This document shows positions 51,989-64,000 of a stretch of DNA of 64,000 bases, piece after piece. This DNA is from Octopus vulgaris (taxonomy: Eukaryota): the NCBI GenBank assembly GCA_951406725.2, contig OX597817.1, forward strand, positions 115,816,001-115,880,000. The letters run 5' to 3'. The notes beneath the pieces were generated by a model. The model searched no databases, was not told the DNA's origin, and worked only from the letters and a program-made list of their open reading frames with translations. Each line of letters starts with the position of its first letter. Within the stretch, counting starts at the first letter, position 1. A program made the position numbers and the translations under genes.

Positions 51989-51995
<7 letters not shown>
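51288..51995 (+). mobile_element. Non-coding terminally redundant HHR element (retrozyme / PLE-derived) in (TA)n
   Basis: Direct repeats 51332-51510 and 51817-51995 (period 485 bp), 5' inverted segment 51288-51334 / 51355-51401, (TA)n on both sides, HHR in the unique part, no ORF of 60 aa or more. Confidence 0.85.
51671..51743 (+). ncRNA. Type I hammerhead ribozyme with long stem II and palindromic stem III
   Basis: CCCUG-CUGAAGA-[uUUAUggAUGU UGUGUAA guaaaa UUGCAUG guACAUuaAUAAu]-GAAA-C-aauu-G-U-U-CAGGG: stem I CCCUG/CAGGG, GUU triplet, palindromic ACAAUUGU. Confidence 0.8.
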
Positions 51996-52026
<31 letters not shown>

Positions 52027-53460
52027 CTACCACATAGCAGAGTAGCACCAAAGAAAGGTCAAAACGTACCCAGAAAATATTTCTTGGTGATTTTTGTATT
52101 GGTAATAAACAAAATCATATTATCTGGTCGTGTTACTGAGGACATATGCAAATGTATTATCTGGTCGGATTACAGAGGACATAACATGCATCAAGATGGT
52201 TTTAATTTCGAAAATGCGACGCGAGCAGGCTTTAACTAAAACAGAAGGTAAAACAAGAGGGATGGAACTAGCATCGAACATAGAATGTAATTTGTTTTCT
52301 GATATGCGTATCAACTTTTTTAATTTTTAAGATGGTATAGTCTAATCTGAGGGAGTATTGGCGAGAGACAACTTAAGGACACTGTCACCTGACCGATCAT
52401 TTGTGATAGAAAGTATAGAAAACTAAAACATAGCATTACAAGCACCTAAACCTTCATTTTTAAATAAAAAGTGTACCTATAACTTTATGGTTCGTGTAAC
52501 ATTGTTTTTATCATATCTTCATCGTTTGCCGATTGTTGAAGATTTAATATAATATAAATTTGTTAAAATATACAAAATTGTCGTGAATATTATATTTCCC
52601 TATTATGTGTTATTCTGTCTCGTGATGAACTCGTTAGTTCAGAAAGAATACCAACTTAACGGCCTCTATTCACAACTAATTAACTGGAATCGAATATTTC
52701 ATATTCCGATGAAAGTTACATAGTATTTTTAGACATGATCAGTGAGAGCAAGGGTGAAAATACTATTTGTAGTGGCGCGTTCGTGATTGGCATCCACTTG
52801 AGGCCGAGTAACGACAGCAAATACAAGATGTTTAGAAATAATTACTGAGGCCAGTCTAATTTACTTTTACTGAGTACAATTTTCTTAAATGTTCAAGAAC
52901 TGTGAAACGTTTTTATTTTCATATTAGAGCAACACACACTGAGAAATTCTATAAATTTATAAACTGAAATGCATGACAGAGAAGCAACACGCCGTTTTTC
53001 ATTGCATTTATATTGTTAAAGGTTATATCATGCCCTGCTCAATCTAACCAAGAACATTATTGTAGGTGATAACAATAATATCAATCGTTACTTAATAGTT
53101 GCTTGTCACAGTTTGAGATAAATATTTCATTTCTCCCTCGCGTTTATGAAATTAAAGCATAAAGGTATATGATTATATAAATAGGATTACGTACAGAATA
53201 ATTAAGTATTAAGATTCTGAGATTTGGGTCCTTAGTGTCAAATAAATATTCAGAATGTTAACAAAGTCAATTAATCCAGAATTTGCGGGTTACATATTCT
53301 ATGTAATCTCAACCTTATTTCCAACTTTTACGTGATAATTTAACAACGCGTCGATTAAGATGTATTCTTAGAGCGATCAGTTTCTGAACTTGCTTAAATA
53401 TCTCAAGACATTAAATGTATGTATGTATGCATGTATATTGCGTATATCCATGTATACATG

Positions 53461-53563
<103 letters not shown>

Positions 53564-53614
53564 GTAAATGTGTGTGCGTGTGTGTGTGTATATATATACA
53601 TGCATATGTCTATG

Positions 53615-53680
53615 GACACTTGCTTGTTATTCATACACCTGTCTTCGTCTTTTGTTTTTCTATAAATTTCAACTATATAT
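53615..53680 (+). mobile_element. 3' fragment of the ~200-bp HHR cassette family
   Basis: ttgcttgtt...acacctgtcttcgtcttttgtttt resembles 59081-59125 and ends in tatatat. Confidence 0.6.
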
Positions 53681-56600
53681 ATCTTTATTTGTAAATTAAG
53701 GCTACCAAAGGTTTTCATGTTAAGAAAGACGATCGCATATAGGAAGGTGTTCGCCTTTCTCCATGTGATCGGCTTGAAAATCCGTTAAGGACATGGGATA
53801 TCTTCCTACTTTTCTTAACATGAAACCAACGGTGGCCTTAATTCACAAATAAAAAAATTATATGCACCAGTGCGGTGTTGAGCATTCATTTTTTTCATCG
53901 TTCGACATTTACGTATACATCCCAAGAGCACTGAAACAAACTGTCGGATGAATGAGATAACAGTAATCATATAAATGAATTTCCTGATTTATATTTTCCT
54001 TGCATTGAAATATTTCTTTAAATGTATTCCACATTTATGAACACTTGATTATCTTTAACTTAATGAACGTAATTTAGGGCAGTTACTAGAACATATTAAT
54101 GGTTATTAGTTATAATTCTAGTGGATAATTTTATTTAATATGCCATTAAATCTATCTGTAGGCCAATTTCTTCTAATATCTTCGTATAAATTGCACCAAA
54201 ATAAGTAAAATTAGTAAGCGCTTTATCGTGTAGATATATTAGCTTCACAATTTCTAATAACTATAGACATATTAAATCACATATATATTTGATATTTAAT
54301 CATAATTCGTGACACTAATATGAGCAACTCACATAACGGTGGACAGCAAGTGATGTTAAACTCTAATTTTTATACAATTTCTTATAAATGTACTTGACAA
54401 GCAAACCAAAGCAGCATTTGTGGATATGTTACGAAAATATATCCTTTGATTTCTATTTCATTCCATTCGACATGTTTTGTAATTTATAAATTGCTACTAC
54501 AAATATGTTTAATAAACACTTATATGATATATAATAAAATTTTATACTTACGAGTTCGGACATGATTATGTGGTAAAGACTTACTTTGTAAGTGTCGTTT
54601 CTTGTTCGGTCCTACTTCATGCACGTGGTATTACATCTGTCAGAGTTATGATATTTGCAATGCCTTTTGAGTGAAAATTAGTAGGCAGAATCTGAGAGCA
54701 AGCTCATAATGTTCGTGAATTTGTATAAATTGTTAAAAGCACATTGCAAAAGATGCAGTTTTTAAAAAATGTTATCAAAAATTTCAATTAACAAAGATCA
54801 ATAAATACAAAACAGGTCTACGTACTGGGTCCATACATTTTACTAAAATCTTTTTCGGTGGTTTTCGCGCAACATTTCAGTGACTGAACTTATCACAAAT
54901 GTAACGGGTATTATATATCTAATGATATTTTTTTATGTGCTTACATCATTTGCTCCACTATGCATCAACTTATATTTATATGTTTATAGATACCCATTAC
55001 AGTTCATGAGTCTGCCATTAATATATTTGCAGACATTAAAGATCTCCTTGTCTATCTTTTCAGAATTAACCAAATTACACATATTATGAAATTAGTCATA
55101 ATATATAACAAAGTATATTAAACTATAATTTTTGAAAACATCTATATAGTTAAACTTATTGCCAGTTATTTCGGTATTGTTATGAATAACTGACAGTAAT
55201 TTCCCATCAGCACTATTTCCTTTATATTAGTTTTACTGATTACGTCTTTTACGATCGAATATTGTTTAATATATTAATAACGATTCGCAATTGCAACGAG
55301 ATGTTTTGATATTAACTTCAATATGCTATAAGCACTAAGAATTCCATTTATGATGGATACAATTTTTGGTGAATTTAAAGCGCTGAAACATAAATTTATT
55401 GAAACTTCTGCAAACCAGAAACGGAATACGAACATTAGTCTGGTTAGTCTGACGTTTCTTACACATACAAATTGGTATTTTGTAAATTTTTAATTTTTAG
55501 TCCGTCCCCTGCTGTCACACGCTCAGCCTGTTCACGTTTAGTTTGGTCTGTTTCTCAACCAGCGTTTATTGTGCATCAACCCAGACTTTTCAGCTTGCAT
55601 GTTATATAATTTTTAGGTACCATTGTAACAACACGTTGTAAACATATACGTATTATATATCCTTGTTTCAATAACATTTCTGTTGATTCAGTTATTTTAT
55701 CGTAGAAATAAATATTTTTTACACTACTCCTCATCATGATTTAATCCAACGAGGACGATTTTAATGTTGTTGTTAATACTGTTAACAATACATCCTAAAT
55801 ATGTTTCAGATCCTACCCTCACGTATTAAAACAGAAAACACACTGACTAATATTTAATATAGTTCTAGATATACTGTGTCAAGCAAGAAGATGTGATGGA
55901 CACGATTAGAATGATTTGGATTATGTTTACAATATCGTGATTTACTAGTTAATGAAAACAAACCACTCTCAATAGAAAAATTAATTTGTGATGAGGAAAT
56001 TATGGAATGAGAACCTATATAAATATACTATTGTATAGTATTCTATACTATATAGGATTCTCGGATATTATTAATAGTCTTAATTTAGTAATCCCGTCAA
56101 GAAATCAAAAGCATGACGCGCCATGCTTTCTGGGAAATATATCCGGTACATATACATATTCTCATATCTATATTGTAAAAGTTGAATTTCATTAATTATC
56201 TCTGTGATATTCAATCTGGAAATATATCTTCACGAATGATTACGTAAAGCTAGAACATAATGCCTCTATTAAGTTGTATTCAAAATTACATCCCTGCTTG
56301 TATACTACATTAATACTCATTTGAAAATTCACTTAGCCATATGGACCAAAATGGGTCTTCGTATTTTCTATAGGGTTCACAATTTGCTGAAATTCAAAAG
56401 AATTATTCTACTTTAATCAAGTCTACTGGCACATGTTTGCAAGTAAAGGAACAACATTTAAATACAAAGCAGATAATGCATTGCATTCGTGTATTTGGTT
56501 TTATTACATATTTCCTTGAATTCTTTACATTGCTAAGCATATACCTGCATTAAACGTGTGTTTAATTATAGTTCGAATTATAAAAATAAAAAACAAAAAA

Positions 56601-57402
56601 AACAAAAACAAAACAAAAACTTGAGTCTTGTTTAGATCTTTGAGAAATTCATAGTCAAACTGATTGAGTTGGTTATAATCATTAAGTGGTTACCACGTTA
56701 AGTTTGGTTTTAACAAGACATTAGAATGTATACGTACATCTCCGTTTGCAATTAATCCAAAACAGTGGATTTCTCCATGAGAATCAACAGTGTTTGTACT
56801 AAGCCGACGTAATACTAGAAAATAGAAGACAAAATAGAGTAGAATGCTTCAATATACAGAAAAATCTTTCAGGTTTTAACGGCTGATAACGGCTAAAATG
56901 AAATTATTTCACAACGTTTCTGCTATACATTACAAGTAGTACCTGTTGGTATGGCGTCTCTTAAGCGCATCGGTTAAAATTAAACAACCCGTCATCTTAC
57001 TGGAGTGATATGCTTCATAAATAGATTTCTCGTTATAGTTTAAGTACTTGAGATAGGAATAATACAAGAAAAATACGTGGAAAGAAAGCGGATAATTCTT
57101 TGAATTAAATCAATGTATTTTGACTAAGTTAGGAGATAAGAGATACGATGTTACATAAGTAAAATTGGAAGCAAAAGTATATACAAAAGAAACAATGTGA
57201 AGCTAAATATTATCAAGAAGGCCGCCTCCATAATGTCATTGGAGATTACGAGGCTACATCTGGGTATTGTCTGACTGGTGTAATAATATTTATTACAACA
57301 TAACATGTATTCAAATGACTGAACGTTTGTTCAGATATCCTCTTTCACACACACTCAAACACACACATACAAAAATTCACGCCAGTACATTCACGTATAA
57401 AT

Positions 57403-57461
<59 letters not shown>

Positions 57462-58891
57462 CAAACACTTTCACATATACATGTAAATACATAATTGCCG
57501 AGATAAATATTAGTTGAAGGAGGAGTGCAAGTAAAAGATACTAGGAAAGTTAACTTGAAATGCAGGATATTTGTACATACGAGATTAAGTGGTAAGTAAG
57601 GGGTAGAGTGAATCTATACACATATATTCTTACGTAAGAGATAGATTCCTAAAGACAGTGAAAGAGAAGGAGTTGGAGTAGGTGACAGACTAAGTATGGG
57701 TAGAGTTATACAAATATTTTGTTGTAATATATATTGTTGCAAGGTAATAAGTATTTTCTTTTTGGTAGTTAGCATGTAATTCATAATTGAGTAATTAGAT
57801 TTAGAAACTTGATAAAACCATATAATTATTACATGAATGCCATTATTTCTGATTTTACCTGTGGCGGCAAAAGTATAATTCCAAAGTTGTATTTTATATG
57901 AAGAGTAACACTCCAACACACACACACACATACACATACACACACGTACACAGAGGTAAGAAACTCTCAAGAGGGCTGAGCAGCTGAAGGTCTTCAGTGA
58001 AGAAACTCACTTCAGTCAAGTTTTACGCCCTGTAACTCTTCAAACACTATAAAGGAGCCGGATCACATCCAGGTCATAACACTCTGATGTCCTTCTACTT
58101 ACACTGTTTAGCCACTTGGATATCGGAAACCGGTGTATTTAAACGGCTTAGAGATTTCATCTAGTTGGAACTTCTCTGCGGTGACTCAGCTTTCAAGCTT
58201 ATGCTTAAATATTTAAAGAACATTGGTCATCATGGTATCGACGAAACGTCAACGCTATGATAATAACTCACTCAAAGTTACTTCCCTTAGCGTTAAAATA
58301 CACAAATATTGTCCTGAAGCGATATGGAAGTTATTTTTGTTCCTCCTCGACCAAACATGTTTGGAACACCTCTCCACTGTTTCCCATATTACTTTTAGGG
58401 CTTTGTTCCTGTTCTTCGCACAGACTGAGAGTTGTCCCGTAAAATCATAAGTAAAATTACTCACAGAGCCTTTGGTTCTAACCTTTGGCTTTGAAAACGT
58501 GTGCTATTATTTTATTCTACTTTCAAAAGGCAATACGAGTTCAATCAAAATCAGGTGATTTCAAGAAACTGGAATGGAGTAAGATATCGGTTTTCAAACC
58601 GCTCTTCCTGATCATTTCTGGTTGTTTTGTTAATCCTCACAGGTCTGCTGAGCACGCCCAGGCATCCGCATCACACAGATGACACCATTTCTGTACACTG
58701 TATACGTAGATGTTCCTGGCTATTTGCCGTGTAGAATGTTGTTGGGAATTCTGGCGTTATGGATTTCACTTTTCTGCACTTGTAACTACCAAGGACCCCC
58801 TTTATTTAAATGAGTCTTCCCACGGACCCCTTTTAATATGCTTATCATTATATGTGTATATATATATATATATATACATATATATACACAC

Positions 58892-59247
<356 letters not shown>

Positions 59248-59584
59248 TATTTAAATGTGTTAGGAAGAATCAGAAATCTTGCCGGTAGGTTACAGTAGGC
59301 CACGCTGTTTATTTTGTTTATATCAGTATATTTTGTAGCAATACAGAAACAATGACAGTTAAAAATGGAATTATTTTCTTTTCGTGAGAAAATTGAACCA
59401 AGAATTATCCGATCATTAAGCGGAAAGTATATGCATTCCGGAATCTGCTACTTAAAACGAGGACGACAATTTGTTAGAATACGTTTACGATCTTGATTTG
59501 TTCAAAAACACTAAAGCAGCAGCGCTAATGATTTTATTTGGTATGAAGTCAACTTTTTTTACTGCGTTTGGTTTAATAAACCGC

Positions 59585-59645
<61 letters not shown>

Positions 59646-59668
59646 GTAGTAGTAGCAGCAGCAGCAGC
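59585..59668. repeat. (AGT)n(AGC)n microsatellite
   Basis: Directly visible. Confidence 0.95.
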
Positions 59669-62444
59669 TCTGTAATAAAACGCCTATAATACTTAAAAGG
59701 GGTCTGCGTTGTCTTTTATCAATTGAAGTCTCTTTAAATGGACCTATCCAATTTTATTAACGTGCAAATGATTCCTTAGCTGTTCATCTAATGTTCTGAC
59801 AATCACTCGATAAAAATGAAGACCAAAACTAAAGAAAGTCAGCGTTGTACTTTATCCAATATAAATTTTATTAGTGTTTAATCACATCAAACAATTTAAC
59901 ATTGCCATTTAATATTTATAGCTGTGCAGAAACGTTTTGTTGTTGCTGAGAAATATATCTTCCGTGAATCAGTTTCTCCTTTATGTCCAAGCGCTCATAT
60001 GAATGGAAAATTGAGTTAACGCTAATGAAATCAAGTTATAGATAACGCTATTAAGCCTGAAATTCCATGTATTTGAAACGATAATACACAGTCAATTGAA
60101 AAAGCGAGTACAAAATAGCATTTTGCGAAGTAGAAATATTTCGTATTACAGCTCAGCTTTGATTAACATTTATTAAATAACTGTTATAAGATACAACCAA
60201 ACAATTGTTCGACAGTTAGCAAACAGTTTTCCAATATTTGCTTTCAAATAAATTTTATTATACATTTAAAACCAAATGTGATTTTTTTTCATCTCAAAAT
60301 CGACCCTGATGGAACAACCTATTATCAATTATGTTGGCACAGTTTTTCAACCCTAGGTCAACTCAAATCAAGCAGACCTAATCGAATGCACGGTTGCTTT
60401 CATTTAGACGAAGATAAACGTGACTCGATGAGAGCCATTATCAAAGACAAAGTTGTATATCTCCAAATCAATCTTGATTCAGTAAAGTTATTACTAAATT
60501 CTTTGGCATCCAATCAGCCTTGATCGACCTACCATTTGAGAGCTTCTCACTGGTAGTTAAAAAGCATCATACTGTTGCTTAGATGGGAAACTCCACTCAA
60601 CTAATACACAAAGACATAGTTGTTGCTGATCAAGTTATTGTATTAGCCAATGAGTAAATATATTGCGGATGTTTAGGTTCAGGTAAGGCTCAATCAATTG
60701 GACATATGTTCAGTGACAATGGGTTTAATGCTTAATCCATGGTTAACCTTAATTAAGTAGGTATATTATCACCCTTTTTGCAGAAATCTCTATTTCATCT
60801 TTGATTCTGACATAGTGTTTCAGGAGTTAAATTAATGAATATATATTTATTTATAATATATATTTACTTTGTACGACAATCATTTGGAATTAGAGGAAGA
60901 CTTGGCTGATAAGTTGGAGAGACACGGAGAAACTCCACCAGTTATTTGTAAACTTCTTACGTGTGTTGGTAAATGTGCCAAAATAGGTTTCAAAATGCAA
61001 TATGTTTGAAAGATATATAATTCGGTTATGTTATTTCCATTGTACTATTCCTAGAGTAAGACAAATATAAGGAACATTAATAAACATTATTTCAGTACGA
61101 TGATTCCAAACATACCTAGATTAAAGAATATAAATTGAAACTGTATTTCATATATTTACTAAGAGAACATCGACATAACACACGCAGCTCATTTATGAGT
61201 TAGCCTCACATCACCACACAATGCAAATATTACTATATGTGCTTGCCTTTCTGCTTAATTAGATACAGAATCCAAAGAATTATAAATCAAGTACGAAATA
61301 CAGGGGTTAGTATAAAGTTAGTCAAGTGGAAATTATTGCAGAGAATTTTCCTTTTCGAAGAATATCTATAGATCTAAGTAACATAAATAAAACTATTCGT
61401 TGAGATATATCAATAATTACAAATATAATTCTTTGGGGGTACGAATGCGTGTATATGTGAATATGGTATTTAAGCGAATACAGTCGCTTGTACACACGAA
61501 GACATTATGCATATCTCACCCATATCTATATATAATTATCATATCACGTCGCGTGTGTTAATGTATTTGATCATGTGGATGTAATAATTGTGATTAGATT
61601 ATTCTGCAACAATTGTTAATGTGAGATCATTAACTGTGTTAATTCTTGCTTTGCTTCTTTAATGAAAGTTCCAAGACAATGCCGATTATACACTATGTAT
61701 GCAATCAAGATGAAAAAGAGATGTCAAATAAACTACTATTATGATATATATGTTTAAGAGACTTAAAGTATATTATAAACCAATGAAGACTCGTTTTTCG
61801 ACTATGTATTATTGCTTTGTTTCCATTTATTTACTCTTATCTAAAATGGTGTTTTCTTCATTTGCCATAACGACGTATATATAATAATAGAATGGCGTTT
61901 ACAGCAGCTTGCATTGCCAGATCAATTTCACAATATCAGTTGATAAACAAAAGAGAATTTATATAACCCCACGAGAATGTGTGGCAACAGGCTACGTGTT
62001 TATTCTTTATAAATAGCTTTATTCATTTGAGGCAGATTATACAGGTATATAAACAAAAGTGCTGGCATATTAAAAAAAAAAGATGGAATGTTAACAAAAA
62101 AGTAACGAAGCATATAATTTTATTTTATTTGAAAAATATTTCGAAGTCGTTTCACTCCACGCGTACACCAATAAACAAATAATATATAAGTCACCTCTAA
62201 ATTTTCTTGCAAATTATTTTCTGATGTAAAGTGCTGATAACTTCCAAGGTTTTATTTGATATATTTGGAATAGAAATGAAGGAAAATTCTCAGATAGAGA
62301 AAGTGAATTGAAACTCAAACAGTACTTTCATGGCTCTAAACTCGAATATTCTATATGGCACAGCTGTTCCATAAATCATAAGTCAGAATATAGTGTCAAA
62401 ATAACAGTTGTTTTTCATAAAATTTCATTATAATCATGAATCTC

Positions 62445-62592
62445 TTCGTCGTCATCGTCAGCTATTTTTGTTGTCCCGCCGCCGCCGCCGCCACCGCCGC
62501 CACCGCCGCCGCCACTTCCACCACCACCAGAACAACAACAACCACCAACACCACAACCACCACAACCACCACCACCATCATTATCATTATCG
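62445..62592. repeat. Compound trinucleotide array (CCG/CCA/CAA/CAT)
   Basis: Directly visible. Confidence 0.9.
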
Positions 62593-62899
62593 GCAGGAAG
62601 TTCGATTATATAATAATACCAGGACATGTAATGCAAGTGGAGTATACCCAAAATCTACTCTGAGTTTTAGTTGTCGTATTGAAAGCATTCCCCATTATAA
62701 GATAGAAGACATAAATGTTACTAAAACATATGCATTTCGGGGAAATTAAAATACAAATAAAAAGACAATATTTCTCTTACCAATAGTGAATGCGATTAAA
62801 TAATCTAAATATAGCAGAAGCTATAATGTGTATTGTGGTTACCATTTCAATGTAGCTTATGAGAAGAAATCTGCGTCGTCATACGTTTTTTCCTGAGAG

Positions 62900-63428
62900 C
62901 TTGCAGTAATGCTGCGAAAAGCTTTCTCTTAATCAATAAACGCAACGCGCAGAGGCAAACGGTACTCTCTAGCTTATTCCAGCAACTGCGTTAGAGTAAA
63001 TATATGATCTGTAGTGTTGTACTTCTTTCTGAACTCCTCTGTTCTCTTGATTATGGCTCATCCCGTTATTGAGATAATCGTTCAGGGATTATTTTCGCGA
63101 ACAACTTGTAAATATGAGACAGGAGGCAGATGAAACGCTAGTTCTTAATATCTTCTGTATCGCCCTTCTTGTACAGCAGGATCGTATTTGACTCCTTCCG
63201 TTGGGAGTGTATTGACCCTTTTTCTAGGTAACAGTTGAAGCGTAGAGCAAAGATTTCCCATAACTGTTAACCGCTGGCCTGCAACATTTCAGATGTTATA
63301 ACATCCTTGCCCAGTACTGTTACTCTGTTCATCAGCTTAAGGGCTCTCTCGACTTCACTTATCAGAATAGATGATACATTCTCTCCTGATGAGATAGCGC
63401 TGGTAGCGGAGACCGTTCAGCTGCAAAC
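62900..63428 (-). pseudogene. RTE-clade LINE reverse transcriptase fragment
   Basis: ILISEVERALKLM..GKDVITSEML..KESNTILLYKKGDTEDIKN*RFICLLSHIYKLFAKII..TTDHIFTLTQLLE*AREYRLPLRVAFID*EKAF. Confidence 0.9.
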
Positions 63429-63429
63429 C

Positions 63430-63543
<114 letters not shown>

Positions 63544-63663
63544 GTGTATGTGTGTGTGTGTTTGCGTGTGTCTGTGTCATTCCGTGTGCAAGTGTGTATG
63601 TATGTTTGTATTTGTAACCATATTTCCGTTATATAGGTATGAATTTACGAATGTATATGCGTA

Positions 63664-63739
<76 letters not shown>

Positions 63740-63945
63740 AGAGAGACTGATAGATAGATAGATAGATAGAGGAGAAATAAGTATCAGCATAAGTTCTCGT
63801 ATATTATAGTCCTTACGCACGTATGAGCGTTATGTTTGCTTAGAGACATGCAACAGGTGATTCAAGTGCATTTAGAAGCTCAATCATAATAGGTCATCAA
63901 CGAATATTCTATTGCATTAAGCTGGAGTCATACCAAATATATATA

Positions 63946-64000
63946 GGTGCAGCTGTAGTAAAGTGATAAGAAGTTTGCTTCCCAGCTACATGGTTCCAGG
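63946..64000 (+). mobile_element. SINE 5' head cut by the window edge
   Basis: aggtgcagctgtagtaaagtgataagaagtttgcttcccagctacatggttccagg resembles 23172-23215. Confidence 0.7.

Noticed and set aside
52118-52183. ~29-bp tandem duplication tattatctggtcg..ttac.gaggacata as a CRISPR-like repeat
   Set aside because: Only two diverged units with an ~8-bp spacer in eukaryotic DNA; an ordinary local duplication.
58223-58256. Hammerhead (gtc..gac-GAAACGTC)
   Set aside because: The 3' half looks right, but there is no CUGANGA upstream and no stem I.

Overview
AT-rich eukaryotic DNA crowded with microsatellites. The SINE types and repeat style suggest an octopus/coleoid cephalopod intron or intergenic region (inference). 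I found no intact protein-coding gene, and most ORF-track entries are translated (TA)n/(CA)n/(TAA)n repeats. The window is mostly decayed mobile elements: a hAT element with TIRs and an 8-bp TSD, two Tc1/mariner remnants, Helitron pieces (PIF1 helicase, 3' hairpin-CTAG), a Gypsy LTR/integrase remnant, R4/Dong-like and RTE LINE RT fragments, and many tRNA-derived SINEs. The most striking signal is a set of hammerhead-ribozyme (HHR) motifs at about eight loci, several degenerate and most in elements bounded by (TA)n tracts. They include a 1.6-kb near-perfect fold-back palindrome of a Penelope-like element 3' end (GIY-YIG C-terminus plus HHR), a non-coding ~485-nt terminally redundant retrozyme-like unit with a complete type I HHR, a tRNA-head-(TAA)n-HHR composite, two ~200-bp cassettes sharing an A6U-variant HHR, and an orphan HHR with an extended stem I. 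Fold-back inversions also occur at several other (TA)n tracts. A ~430-bp inverted duplication starts exactly at a splice donor and flanks possible 5' exons of an unidentified minus-strand gene. All calls were made by eye, and boundaries are approximate unless termini are quoted.
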